DNA of 62,573 nucleotides, the filler included, from Collodictyon triciliatum (lineage: Eukaryota), in NCBI GenBank assembly GCA_043381765.1. It is 4 parts of 4 records of this genome, joined end to end, with 100 filler letters (N's around TTAATTAATTAA, not from the genome) between each part and the next. Parts side by side here need not be neighbours in the genome. Positions count along the whole stretch, not along the records: positions 1 to 21,900 come from JBHJMP010001164.1; positions 22,001 to 43,898 come from JBHJMP010001165.1; 2 more parts are not named here. One strand, written 5' to 3'. A program made the translations under genes and the position numbers. A model generated the notes under the pieces. The model was not told where the DNA came from. It searched no databases and saw only the letters and a program-made list of their open reading frames with translations. Of the stretch, positions 13,101-25,486 are shown piece after piece. The number at the start of each line of letters is the position of its first letter. The first letter of the stretch is position 1.

Positions 13101-14462
13101 AAGAAAAAAATATGATAAAAAAATTTTACAAACTTGAATTATTAAAAACCTGCATTCTTCTATTACGATTCCAGATGTTAAAAATTCGGTGATATGCTCT
13201 ATTGCCTCGAGCAAATATGCTTTCTCTCTGTCTAAAGTTTGAGAGATACTTGCGTGCTATTGATAGAATGATATTAAGGTTTTCTTTATAAGTGATGAAT
13301 AATTTGAGATGAGTATGCATATAAAGTGAAGTATACTAATGAAGATAAGTAAACTATTTCATACATATTTTGAAAACTGGTCGGAATTGGGGCAACCAGC
13401 CATGTCCGACATCGTCCCTGATGATAGTTCTGAAATAGAATAAACTATATCGATAACTCTAGAATCAACCATTAAACCATGTTAATTTTTCCAACTTATC
13501 ATTATTAACATGAATATATAATGTCTTGTTTACACTTTGGTATATTACAGAAAAACGCAAATTTGAAGAAAATTTGATTTGGTTGATAACATTTTTTTGA
13601 GAAAGCCATGAATGATTCATCAACGGAAGTGACCTTTTGAAAAATGGGTGCACGTTCACATCTTCATATGCATTGTGCCAGCGCAACGCTGAAGAAACTA
13701 ATGGCATCTGATTTTTTTGAATTTTGATGGAATCCAACCCGAAATAAATGAAAGAAAATAATGACAAGAAATTATTGGCCTTAAATATAAAAAAATTAAA
13801 GCAGTTTCTATGTAATTTATTTCACCTGTCTCTTGCACATCCGGGTTTTGCATCAGGCTTCTTTGAATAAACTCATCATCATCCTGGATTGGATCATGGT
13901 GGTGTTTGCTGAAGTAGGTATCGACATAATAATCGCAATTTCGCCTAAATATGTTTAATTAAATGATTATCGCATACCATGGACAGTTTTCCATACAAAC
14001 GGACTATATCGCGCATCTTTTGCTCGATCACTGCGGTGGGCAGCCTCTCACATACAACATCTTCTCCAATCACAATATCCCACAACTGCCGCAGCTCAGA
14101 ATACAGTTCCTGTTGCAACAGCAATCCAACTATATCACAAAGTCTCTTGATGGAATCAAAGTACATAGAAAAACAAAACAAAAAAAACATACGAATTGAA
14201 GTAGAAAAATAAGAATAAAGATAAAGATCAAATTGAAGTAGAATCAGGACTAGAAAAGAAAAAGAAAAGGTATGGAGATAGAAAAAGAAGCTGCACGAAT
14301 GTTGGTTTAACATACGTCATTCTCTGCGAGTCTCTGTGAAAGGGCTCCGACTCGCACTTGCGCGTATTCTTCTTGTGGCAGGTTTTGGCTCAGCTGTTGA
14401 GACAAGAGAAGTGGCGACTCTGCGGGCGGCGGCAAAGGAAGTGTCCATTTGATCGCATTCAT
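10200..14462 (-). CDS. Basic helical protein with Sfi1-like (centrin-binding-type) Trp repeats, multi-exon
   Basis: Start MNAIKWTLPLPPP. Exons carry recurring F/L-x-x-W motifs (IFNIWNR, YILHWRE, VWYKWSA, KFWRKWF, LSLWNQ, RTFYKWK). The family call is an inference and the ends are approximate. Confidence 0.5.
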
Positions 14463-15158
14463 GTCAACTTCTCAGCTGGTGAGCGTGCGCAGTCGTTTCG
14501 ATATGGCTACAGGCGCCATCCTCGTTTTAATTCTCACCAGTGTATTATTCTTGTCTCTTTTTTTTTTTTTTTTTAAGAAAAAATAACTTTTGCGTGTTCT
14601 CGACTTGGCCTTTTTTTTCTTGTTTATTATTTTTAGGTTTGCTTGCTTATTGCAATTATATATGTGTCCACGTGACTTCACGAAACCGTTTGACTGCAGA
14701 GTGTTGAAAAGAGTCAGATAAACACAAGTTTGAATGTGTTGACAGGTGGCGCTTCGGACGTGCTGTCATTCAAGTCTGGTGAATCTGCACTCACACAACC
14801 AATAGAATTAGCTCAACCCGGTGATAGATGGTTACATTAAGTTAATCACGAGGTTTTACAAATGATACAGAATGTAAATTGAATTGAATTGAATTGAATT
14901 GAATATTAACAGTGTTACTTAGACTTATATTTGCGAATCGCTATGAGAGATTATTTGTAGTGAAGTGAGACTTTGTTGAGATATATATATATATATATAT
15001 TTATTATATGGATGCAAGAAAAGTTGATTCGCAAGAGAAGAGACAATGCGACGACAATCAGGGTGGCGAAGAAAAAGGAAAGGAGAAAAGAAGGAGAAAG
15101 AAGAATTAAACGTATGAAGTTGTCTTTCTACATTAATTGATGGCAGATGCGTTGGTTC

Positions 15159-18100
15159 CTAATTGAACTTGAGGAGTTTTTTGCGCCAAAAGATAAAGCT
15201 GATCAGCGAGGCGGTGACTATGAGCAACAACCAAAGGTATGTGTATCCAAAGCGCCATTTAAGCTCTTCGATACCTTGGACGTTCATCCCATACATGGAA
15301 GAGATAAAAGTAAGGGGAATAAAGATGGATGAAATCACAGTCAGAATCAACATCGCCTGGTTGACCTTCTGCTTTTGAATATCGGAGTACATGCTGTTCA
15401 AGCTGTTCGCCATTTCCATGCAGGAGTCTGAAAGGTCATTGATTTGGAGTGTTTCATCAAGGATGGTCTTGAAGAATCGCTTCGTCGGCACCGAAATCAA
15501 ATCGCTGGGTACTTCTTCTCCAGAGAGCCTTGTGAGAACCTCGCGCATGGGCCAAAGATTGCGCCGAATCATCGTAACTTCACGCTTAATGCTGTAAACC
15601 TATTTAGTCACACTTTTAGTGTATGATATATTGACGGCAGTTAATTAGCGTCGCTTACATTAAACCCATTCAAATTAAATTTTATTTTAATTGAACATGG
15701 AAATGTATATTCATGCACGGGCGTGTGATGAGTAAAGTGGTGAATGTATAGAAAAGCGGCGCCAAGTAGTTTTCCATTTGTAACGCTGTATTTCTCAAGA
15801 GTTAGACCTTAGTGTTGAGAGCTGCTGTAGCCCTTTCCATCATTTTTGCTTCAATTTCTTCCAGTGTAGAATACATGCTCTCCAATATTGGATAGCAGTT
15901 TCGGAAAAGAGCCTCGACCAATACGTACATAAGATAATCAGCTACAAAAATATAGGCTTACTTTGGTTGTTTTTTTTTTTTGTTGTTGTTTTTGTTTTTG
16001 TTTTTGTTTTTGTTTTTGTTTTGTTTTTATTTTTGTTTTGTTTTTATTTTTGTTTTGTTTTTGTTTTGTTTTTGTTTTGTTTTTGTTTTATTTTTGTTTT
16101 ATTTTTGTTTTATTTTTTTATTTTTGTTTTTTGTTTTTTTAACCATGCTATTCCCAAATGGAGAGAAAATAAGATATGAAGTCGGATGCAAATATATGAT
16201 TTGAGTTTTGAAGCGACAAAACCTTGAATTTAATCATTCAAAGGATAAGCAGAAAACGGGATACTTCATAGATGAACAAAAGCGAAACCTCCACTGCTTC
16301 TCACTTTGGAAGTAGCTTTTGCAAGCCTTTTTCGAACGTCTGTCCAAACATCACCAGGCTTTCCTTCTTGGAATGTGATGAGCGTTTCATTTTCCGAATC
16401 CAGTAAAAAGCAAACCTGTTCTTGCTCAATCTCAAATCTGGTTTCATTCATAGTAATCATTTTTGCAATGACGAAAACCTGGTGTGGTAATTTGAGTCAG
16501 TGGTAGAAATGGAAGAAAAGAATGAACAAAAAAAAAAAAAATTCAATCGAGTGAATAGGGTACTGTTAAATATAATTGGTTTTGATTATTAGGGAATCTC
16601 AAATAAAAGTGTGAGTCCAGATTATTGCTTTTCCTTGCAAGTGAATAATTAAAACCATATCTTGGTGTATTTATTTATTTCAATATTTTTATTATGAACA
16701 AAAAAAGCCTCTTCTTTCTCTGGAAATAATATTATCTTCATCGCCTAAGTATACCTGGCCTTCATTTTCGTTTACTTCCACTTTGGGTCGATTTGTAAAG
16801 TCTGTGATGTCTGACTACGATATGATGGCAAAATGACATGAGAGTACCGTCGAACTTACGGGAGAAAAAAAAGGGGAAGGAGAGTATTATTGTATCACAA
16901 GCAAGTTGGGTGGACTGAAAGAGTGCTGAATTGAAGTAAAGCTACCAAGATGATAGGATGAATTCTATATTGGCCACACACTTTTTTGACAAAAGGAATA
17001 TGGATTCCTGTAGACAAATCAATCAGTATGAGATTGAATATTGGAAATATAATCGAAGAAATTAAAATTTCAAAAAAAGAAAGTTGGGTCTCTGGTACCA
17101 TCTACGTTCAGCCATCTCACTTTAGCCCAGGAAGGACGTCCGTTCACAAGAGTCTGCTGCCTACTGGAATATATCTGCTCCGATTCCAGTCTCTCTACAG
17201 AAAAATCCAGACACGTAACTTCGACCAACGCATCGGAAAGCTATCAAAACAACGAAAAATGTGGTGAACGATTGCACACACCCAACCAATATGAAGGGAA
17301 CCCGTTTTAATATTTTCAATCATATTCTGTTTTAAAAAAATCATCAAAATTCATCCAAAAAGATTAAGATCGCCAGACCTCGACATCTGCTGATGTATCG
17401 ACACCACCATCCGCAGCCATCTCATTGAGCGCCTCGTCAGACACAATATGGCCGAGCTGAGGCGACGCCCTGAGGCTAGCAGTGAGAGGCTGCGACAAGA
17501 GCTGCATCTGTGGAGACTTCCTTGCCGTAGACAACGAGCCACTCGCACGGGCGGCTGAATGCGGCTCGTCATCGACCTCCTCGACATGCAGCGCAGCCTC
17601 AAAGACCGACGAGTCGCGCTCGCTGGTCCGGCGCTTGGGCGACGACACAGAAGGCTGCTGCGTACGGGGCTGTGACTTTGTACTCAAGTTTGTGTGTTTG
17701 CGCAGATACGGCCGTGCATGTTTGCGGCTTTGTGTGGATTCGTGCTGCGAGCCTTCCAGTGACTCTGGCTCGCGGCATGCCGCGTCCTCGTCTCTCTGTG
17801 GTGCTGTGGAAGTGGTGCTTGGCAGGATTTCTGTCTCGATATCTTCGAGACCCGTGCTTTTGTTCGTACCTGTGTTTTATATCTGTGTGTTTTATATCTG
17901 TGTGTTTTATATCTGTGTGTTTTATATCTGTGTGTTTTATATGTGTGTGTTTTTTATGTGTGTGTTTTTTATGTGTGTGTTTTTTATGTGTGTGTTTTTA
18001 TGTGTGTGTTTTTATGTGTGTGTTTTTATGTGTGTGTTTTTTATGTGTGTGTTTTTTATGTGTGTGTTTTATATGTGTGTGTTTTATATGTGTGTGTTTT

Positions 18101-18658
18101 ATATGTGTGTGTTTTATATGTGTGTGTTTTATATGTGTGTGTTTTATATGTGTGTGTTTTTTATGTGTGTGTTTTTTATGTGTGTGTTTTTTATGTGTGT
18201 GTTTTTTATGTGTGTGTTTTTTATGTGTGTGTTTTTTATGTGTGTGTTTTTATGTGTGTTTTTTATGTGTGTTTTTTTATGTGTGTTTTTTATGTGTGTG
18301 TTTTTTATGTGTGTGTTTTTATGTGTGTGTTTTTTATGTGTGTGTTTTATATGTGTGTGTTTTATATGTGTGTGTGTTTTATATGTGTGTTTTATATGTG
18401 TGTGTTTTATATGTGTGTGCTTTATATGTGTGTGTTTTTTATGTGTGTGTTTATATGTGTGTGTTTTATATGTGTGTTTTATATGTGTGTGTGTTTTATG
18501 CCTGTGTTTGTGTTTTGGAACGTTCGGTTCGGAGGCAGACTCGTCCTTTGTGTAGCTGTGGACTTGTTGCTGACGCTCCAAGTTTTGATCACATGGGAAA
18601 GAACTCCGCTTTCCTCCTTGTCGGCTGGGTGGCCTTCCAGATCCTCCAGTTCCTCCAT
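15159..18658 (-). CDS. corA: CorA/ZntB-family divalent cation (Mg2+) transporter with long disordered N-terminus
   Basis: Spliced exons give RWLNVDG, IHPIIL, RPKVE, QEQVCF..LITFQE, ADYLMYVLVE and IRRNLWPMRE, then TM1 ending YGMN, the IEELKWRFGY loop and TM2. A start at 18658 depends on splicing out the repeat; an alternative ATG lies at 17507. Confidence 0.9.
15965..16140. repeat. (TTTTTG)n-type low-complexity repeat in a corA intron
   Basis: Direct reading. Confidence 0.9.
17870..18501. repeat. 13-15 bp minisatellite (TTTT(T/A)TATGTGTGTG)n inside the corA 5' region
   Basis: About 40 degenerate units; source of the MCVFF / KNTHI pseudo-ORFs. Confidence 0.97.
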
Positions 18659-20140
18659 TGTGGGTTGGATCTATGTTGTCCTCTTTTGTCCTCTTTTGTT
18701 GCCTTTTGTTTTCAGTCTGCCTGGGCTTAGTTTTAGGTTTAATTTACATTGTTATGACTGAAGAGACGCCAGAGAAGTTTTCGTTAAGGATTAGAGCGAA
18801 CCGAGGATATAGTACAAGTATGTTTATTTGGGGCGTTGCGCTTGTCATCATTTATATATTAATATTAATATATAATTGATGACAGCGCTTTTTTTTTTTC
18901 TCGCTCCGGGAGAGAAAGAACGAAGAAACTAGAAATAAAAGTAGGAGCAGAAAGAAACCAAACTTCTCTGCCTTGAAGAAGGTTGCTTCCAGCCAGAGCT
19001 TCAGAGGCCAGTTCATTTTTGATAGGTACGCAAAGAGGTGACCAAAACAGTAGAGGCATTTTAAATGAGAAAAAAGAGAAGGGACAAGGAATATCGGAAA
19101 GTTAGATTGGTGGGCACAGTGTAAACTGGAAAGCGTTTCTTGACAAATAGAAAACAATGATGAAAAAATATAGCATAGCAGTTGTTTATGGCGGAGGACT
19201 ATCTACATCTTCGCTGGGCTATGGAAGAAATAAATGATTTATAGTAAGTTAAGCTTTAGCGCGTTGAACTGAAAGTGAGTTGATGAATGGAATATAATAT
19301 ATAAACCAATGAAATAAGATAGAAGAAACCCCAATTACTTAAGCTATGAAATCCCAGATAATGAGCTAGTTGCATCCTGTAGCATTTGAGGTTGCTTGAT
19401 ACATAATTTCGATGTTATAGTCCTTAGCACAAAATAATCATGTACTTGTTCTTTGCATCATTAATTGTTTGACCCGAACTGATGAGATGTATATCAGAGA
19501 AAGATTGATTTTGCTTCTTTGTTCCTATGCTAATGTAGTTCATTCCGCTTCCGTGAGACCGTCGAGCAAAATTCTTCTTGTGGCATTCTACAGTGACTGG
19601 TTTTGATTAGCAACTCCATTGAAATTGGAGTTATCTTCGCCTTAATTAATATTATTTCTTGAAAAGAGCATTAATCATACGCCACGCCATACTTTCTCAT
19701 TGGTCGATTATATGATATAATTTGGTGGCACTTAGATTTGGTTCGTGTAATTATGTTCAGCTTGGTTCCTTCACCACTTTTTAGAGTTGGGTAAAGAAAG
19801 TAATTTTGCAGAAGCCTGGTCAAGAAAGGCTTAGACTGCATGGAATTATAATGCCACCAGTGATTCGGGAGAAGTTCGACTCACATTTCAAACAGGAAGA
19901 CAATAAGAACTCAAGAATAGTTCTGGTTAATGAGATAAGCTCCACCTTTGAGTTAGCACTTGCTGTATGATTGTCTCCCTGGCTAATGTCATGGCCTAAT
20001 CGAGCGTGCAAACGAACCCAGTCCCCAGAGTCGAAAATCTGGTTAGCATTCACTTGCTTTGGACACGAACTCAGACTAAGCCAACAGGAAAGTAAAGCAT
20101 ATCTTTTGCTTTTTCCTTCAAAGAACGAAAGAAGCATCAT

Positions 20141-21460
20141 CATTTTTGGTAGGGATTGGCGGTTTGTCGCCTACGTCGATTTCCTTTTGACTAATCAAGA
20201 CCCACTTCTACGTTGATGCCTGTTTGATTGGTCGCTATATTCGAGACATGGGACGCATAGGAGAATACCTGCTGCTTGAATGAAAAATTCAAATGACTTT
20301 TCCTTAAGAGTCCGCCTTTGTCTTCTATGGAAAGGAATTCCCAGGAGTCAGTCGCGAACAAAAAAAAAAAAAATTCATGGCCAAATATATAGGAATCAAA
20401 AAAATAGTTTTGATCGACATTCAGACAACTTACCGAACTGATGAGCGACCAACATTTGAGTCCACGTTGATTTCATTTGTCAAAGTCTGTGGAGAATGAA
20501 AAAGGTCGCACATTGAAAAAAAATGTATGTATGAAATGAATGATTAAAATATATATTATGTATTCCGACTTTTTTTAAAGAAAAGAAAAGAAAAAAAGGC
20601 AAATGTTAATATCATATCTTAAGAGAGAGATTGAATGTACATTAACTTTGGGCACTCTTTTAGGTTTGTTTGATGAGGGTTCTGCAACTCCAGGTGCAAA
20701 GGAGACCGATTTCTTTTTCGAATTTTCTTTTGCAGGTTCCGCGACCTTTGCTTCACAGTGGACTGAAAACTCTTTGCTTTGTGTGATTTCTACCACTGAA
20801 TTTAATGATTGAATCGGCCATTTAACACGTTAATATATATTATTGAATATAAACCATCTAATCAAGTAAATCCAGCGCCGTTAAAAACAAAATGAGCAGA
20901 AAGACTCTATATCTGATATTACACATCAACCCAAACTTTTTCCAATACACTTATATTACAATGCTAATAATAATCCTTCAAAAGAAGGTAAAATTTTAAA
21001 AAAAAACTAACAAGAAGGCGATGTGGACACATAGAATATTAAAAAAAAATACATTCAGAATTGTGAAAAGAGACGAAGAAAAAGAAAAAGAAAAATCGAG
21101 AACAAAGGCTGGTCAAGCGAGGAGCATACACTGGGCAGAGTCGTGCATGGCTGGACGCGGCACATGGATACCATACGAGGCATGATTGCTCTGGATAAAC
21201 GGCTGCTGCTCTGCGTAAGGGTGCGGCGGCGTGTCGAACTGGGCAGCAACAAAGCCCGGCGGGTACACCGGGTGCTGCGCGCGTTGGTGGTGGTGGCCGT
21301 GGTGGCCGAGCGGATGCGTGGGCGGGTGATTGGCATATCCAAATGTCTGTGCGTAGACGAGGCCCCGGGCGTGGGAATGCGTTTGCCAATGCGTTTGGTG
21401 CGGCGGGAGAGGCGGAAGCGGCGCGCGTGGATGCCGCATTGGGGCGCTTTGCGGATCCAT
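20141..21460 (-). CDS. Pro/His/Gln-rich protein of unknown function with RVxF-like motif (3' end uncertain)
   Basis: ATG at 21460 (MDPQSAPMRHP...) splices in phase to VEITQSKE...KKKSVSFAPG...PK, TLTNEINVDS... and RRQRRTLKEK. Confidence 0.55.
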
Positions 21461-21546
21461 CGGCCTCCTCTCTCTCTCTGTGTGTTGTCTTTGTGAGGGG
21501 ATTTGTCTGCAGACTTTTCTGCAAAGTGATGATCGGAATGCGGAAG

Positions 21547-21617
21547 AGGGGAAAGGGGAAAGGGGAAAGGGGAAAGGGGAAAGGGGAAAGGGGAAAGGGG
21601 AAAGGGGAAAGGGGAAA
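21547..21617 (+). repeat. (GGGGAAA)n repeat, about 10 units, G-quadruplex-capable
   Basis: Direct reading; lies just upstream of the minus-strand ATG at 21460. Confidence 0.93.
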
Positions 21618-21805
21618 AGCATAATGCATATGCATAGGATTAACTTGAAGGAAGGAAAGATTTTTTGTTGGTTTTGATGTGTTGTGTGATTGGTTGAAGC
21701 AAGTGTGGCCGCCCGTTCTCGCTCCTTTTCTTTTTCTTTTTCTGTTTCTTTTTTTCTTTTTTCTTTTTTCTTTTTTTCTTTTTTTCTTTTTTCTTTTTTC
21801 TTTTT

Positions 21806-21900
<95 letters not shown>

Positions 21901-22000
21901 NNNNNNNNNNNNNNNNNNNNNNNNNNNNNNNNNNNNNNNNNNNNTTAATTAATTAANNNNNNNNNNNNNNNNNNNNNNNNNNNNNNNNNNNNNNNNNNNN
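21901..22000. other. Artificial scaffold linker N44-TTAATTAATTAA-N44
   Basis: Identical 100-bp construct occurs three times and has stops in all six frames. Confidence 0.97.
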
Positions 22001-22108
22001 TTTTTTTGGTTTTAATTTTTTTTTTTTTTTTTTTTTATTTTTTCTTTTTTTTTTTTTTGGTTACCTGTTTTTATTTTGCTTCAATATGGAAATGTTTTTC
22101 TATCGCAG

Positions 22109-25100
22109 GATACACAGCGTTGGAAATCGTCTAAGTGACTTTAATGTGATCCCACCCACCCGCCAAGAAACGGACCGCATCACGCAGAAGCTCGAAGAGG
22201 CGATACATACCGGGCAATTTAATGTCTTTCTTTTCTTCTTTTATGAAACTATCATATTTCTCCTCCCTTTCCCCCTCTCCAACAAAAATTATTAGCGTTA
22301 ACTCGTTGGATATTCAACTTTTTTTTTTTTTTTTTTTTTTTTTGTCAAACACCCATAGTTTCATACGCCTGTAGAGAATGTGGAGAGAGAGATTACGTAA
22401 GTTTGTTAATGTACATAATGCATTTCTTGAAGTATACCAATTATATTCCTTCGATACCATCTTTAAGCTTTCCTTAAAGGTTTTCTTTTTTCTTTTTTTT
22501 TCATTCGCCATGTATACTAAATTATGGGCAAATGAACCGGAATAAATGTAAAGACCAAGAACCTTTCTGGTGGATGTGTTTCCTCATCTAAAAGAATGCA
22601 CCCAAGCCATGGTTGAGGTATTAATCACTATTTCAACATTTACTTCAACTAGAATACAAAGTGTTTTAACTTTTCATCGAAAATAAATGCATTCATGTGT
22701 CTCCATATTCCTTCATATTAGGACGAGTTTACTAAATGCTTCGTTTCCACTCCGGTTCCAAGGTGGAATTGGAATATTTATCTGTATCCGCTCTGGCTTC
22801 TGGGGGTCATTTTTCGATTTGGCATTCTGTTTCCGATAAGGTATGGTAATTGCCCCAAACATGTCATTCAAATATTTATTCTGCTTTCAATACTTTGTCT
22901 TAGTTTAGTATCCATTTAAACGAATATTTCCACGGCCTTAGTGTTAGTTTATATGATTCCATAATGTAATTTGTAGCGTATATATTCTTTCTTTATTCTT
23001 GTTTCAAGAACATTTTAATTCAAATTGATTTATTTTAGAGCCCTTGTGCTATTGATTGGCGCCTTGTTTTTTACAATCGGGTTTACTTCAATATCTTTCG
23101 TCAAGAACGAGGCGAAGAAACGAGAATATCAAGTACTTATTAAAAATATGGTATCTTCATATGTCCCATAAATCTAACCTGAAAATTCAGAGACTACTGA
23201 TATCCTTTCTGTGTGGTGTTTTTGTGGCATCTTGGAACGGTGTCATTCGATTTCATGGGAGTTTACCTGACCGCAGGCAATATTCTACATATCTACCACC
23301 CGTTTATCACTTCTGTAAATTCTAAATAAACATTCTTACACCAGAGGGGATGTAATTTGTGTGGCCAATCACACATCCATGATTGATATTATCATATTGC
23401 AACAAAGTAAATGTTACTCTCTTGTTGGTCAGAAGCACACTGGTTGGGTCGGTAAGGCAGCAATCATTTCAACTAAACCGATGGCATTATGCCACTGCTC
23501 TTTGTTCTTTTTCTTCCGACTTATACCTGACAGGAGCTTCATGTTTCTAATTTTCGTATTCGTTTGGAATTGAATGTTCTTTATCACAATTTTCTCTCTG
23601 GAGTTAATATATTTGTGCTCTCAAAGGTTTTATGCAAAACTATGTACTGTCTTGCCTGGACTGTATCTGGTTTGAACGCTCCGAGGAGAAAGATCGCGCT
23701 GCTGTTGCCAGAAGGTTTGTCAATATGTCACCTTGTTATAGTGAATTCTTGTGTGTAATGTCCCATTGATAGCGGTTGATTTTATTCAATAATCTTGTTG
23801 CATCTTCGACAAAATTGTGATTTTGTACTTTCTTACAATATATTTCTCTTTCAAAAAAAAAAGATTAAGGGAACACTTAAGCCACCCTGATTCCAACCCT
23901 ATTCTGCTTTTCCCTGAAGGTAAAATTTGTGCATCAAAGTATGATTAAGTTACGTCCAGAAAACGCCATGTTAAAAATCGATATTATAATAACCGCAGGT
24001 ACATGCGTCAATAATGAGTACACAGTAATGTTTAAAAAGGGTGTAAGTATTAATAATTTTTTTTTCGCCAATAGAAATCGTGGTTTTCATCTCTTTCTGT
24101 ATCTTTTCTTATTGAACTGCTCCCATTTTGACTAGGCTTTTGAACTTGGTGGCACTGTTTGTCCTATCGCCATTAAATACGAGTAAGTTTCATGCTCAGG
24201 ATGTATTTCTGTGTCTGCAATCTAGAAACCACTAAACCCTTTTCTTCCTTTTTTTTTAAAATCAGTAAAAGCTGGGCCGATGGATTCTGGAACTCAAGAG
24301 CAGAATCTTTTCAGTACCACTTGTTCCGACTGATGACTGTATAACCATTTATCGAAATTTCTTTGTTGCCTGTTGTTTGTTCTTGTTCTTGTTATGCATT
24401 CTGACAACAAGAATACTACCAATATTACTTCATGAATCGCTAGATTTGATCTTTTCTTTATGTATTAATTTTTGTCCCTTCTTTTTCCTTTTCCTTTTCC
24501 TTTTCCCAGTCCTGGGCTCTTGTTTGTGATGTGTACTACCTTCAACCGACAACTTGTGGTCCAAATGAATCTCACGTTGACTTTGCTAATCGTGTTAAGG
24601 TAAAGCGTTTGGTGCTCTTGTCCCTTCTTTTCCTTTTTTTTTACATACTTTTTTTACATACACCTCTCTTGTCTTTTTTTCCTTTTACTTTATATACAAT
24701 TGATGCCCTTATTCATTCACTTTTGCTTCCATCAGGCGGAAATCAGTGAGGCAGCCGGAATCAAGAATACTCAATGGGATGGATATCTCAAGTCAGTCAT
24801 GAATTCGAAAAAAATCATCATCTTATTGGGCGCTGCAGTTACACGGCGCAGCTTTGTTGTGTCACGCAACCCACATTCCTTATTTTACGTTTATTAGATA
24901 CCTCCGACCGAGTGCGAAGATGGTCGAGGCCAGGCAAAAGGTGAGATTTGCCCCGCCATTATACGTGGATATGTCGATTTCAAAACCCGATCATATTTTT
25001 CCATGATATAGTTTCTCGTCACCAATACCGCTCTTTATTTTTACACAGGAATACGCTGAATACGCAAAATCTGTCTACCTGCACCAACCGACGATGATAT

Positions 25101-25201
25101 CTGCCCAGGACATCGACGACATTGATGGAGATCGAAAGCTGCGCCATCGCCCTCTGCGACCCATCCGCGAGGCTTCCGACGAGCAAACAGCGAGCAAATA
25201 A
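22109..25201 (+). CDS. Glycerol-3-phosphate acyltransferase, GPAT9/GPAT3-4 type (start probably upstream or in the gap)
   Basis: Spliced protein contains DEFTKCF, WNWNIYLYPLW, VANHTSMID (HxxxxD), IWFER, LLFPEGTCVNN, MFKKGAFE, PIAIKY, FWNS, SWALVCDV, FANRVK and WDGYLK; stop TAA at 25199-25201. Confidence 0.93.
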
Positions 25202-25486
25202 CGCGACACACACAAAAGATCACAGGACACTGAAAAGAATAAAAATAAAATAAAACAGAATAATTTCCAAGATAGGTAGTATTCGGTATATAAGGTTGAA
25301 TGGAGATACAGGATTATTTTCTTTCAACAAGGGTGCACCACGCCACCTTTCCTTTTCTTTTCGTTCCTGATCATCTACACAACTCTTGAGAACAATCAGA
25401 TCTACGAGAACTGGATCAACGCAAAGAAAAGGAAGGAGCAAACTCACAGCCAGTCGCACACAGAGTGTCCAAGAACCCAGACTTGT

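Noticed and set aside
17482..18761. Long Cys/Val/Phe-rich ORFs (357, 352, 272 aa) and a KNTHI-repeat ORF
   Set aside because: Translations of a minisatellite, either antisense to corA or out of frame with it.
21945..21956. Palindromic TTAATTAATTAA repeated three times (also 43943 and 55969)
   Set aside because: Embedded symmetrically in N runs. It is an artificial six-frame-stop scaffold linker, so adjacency across it is not reliable.
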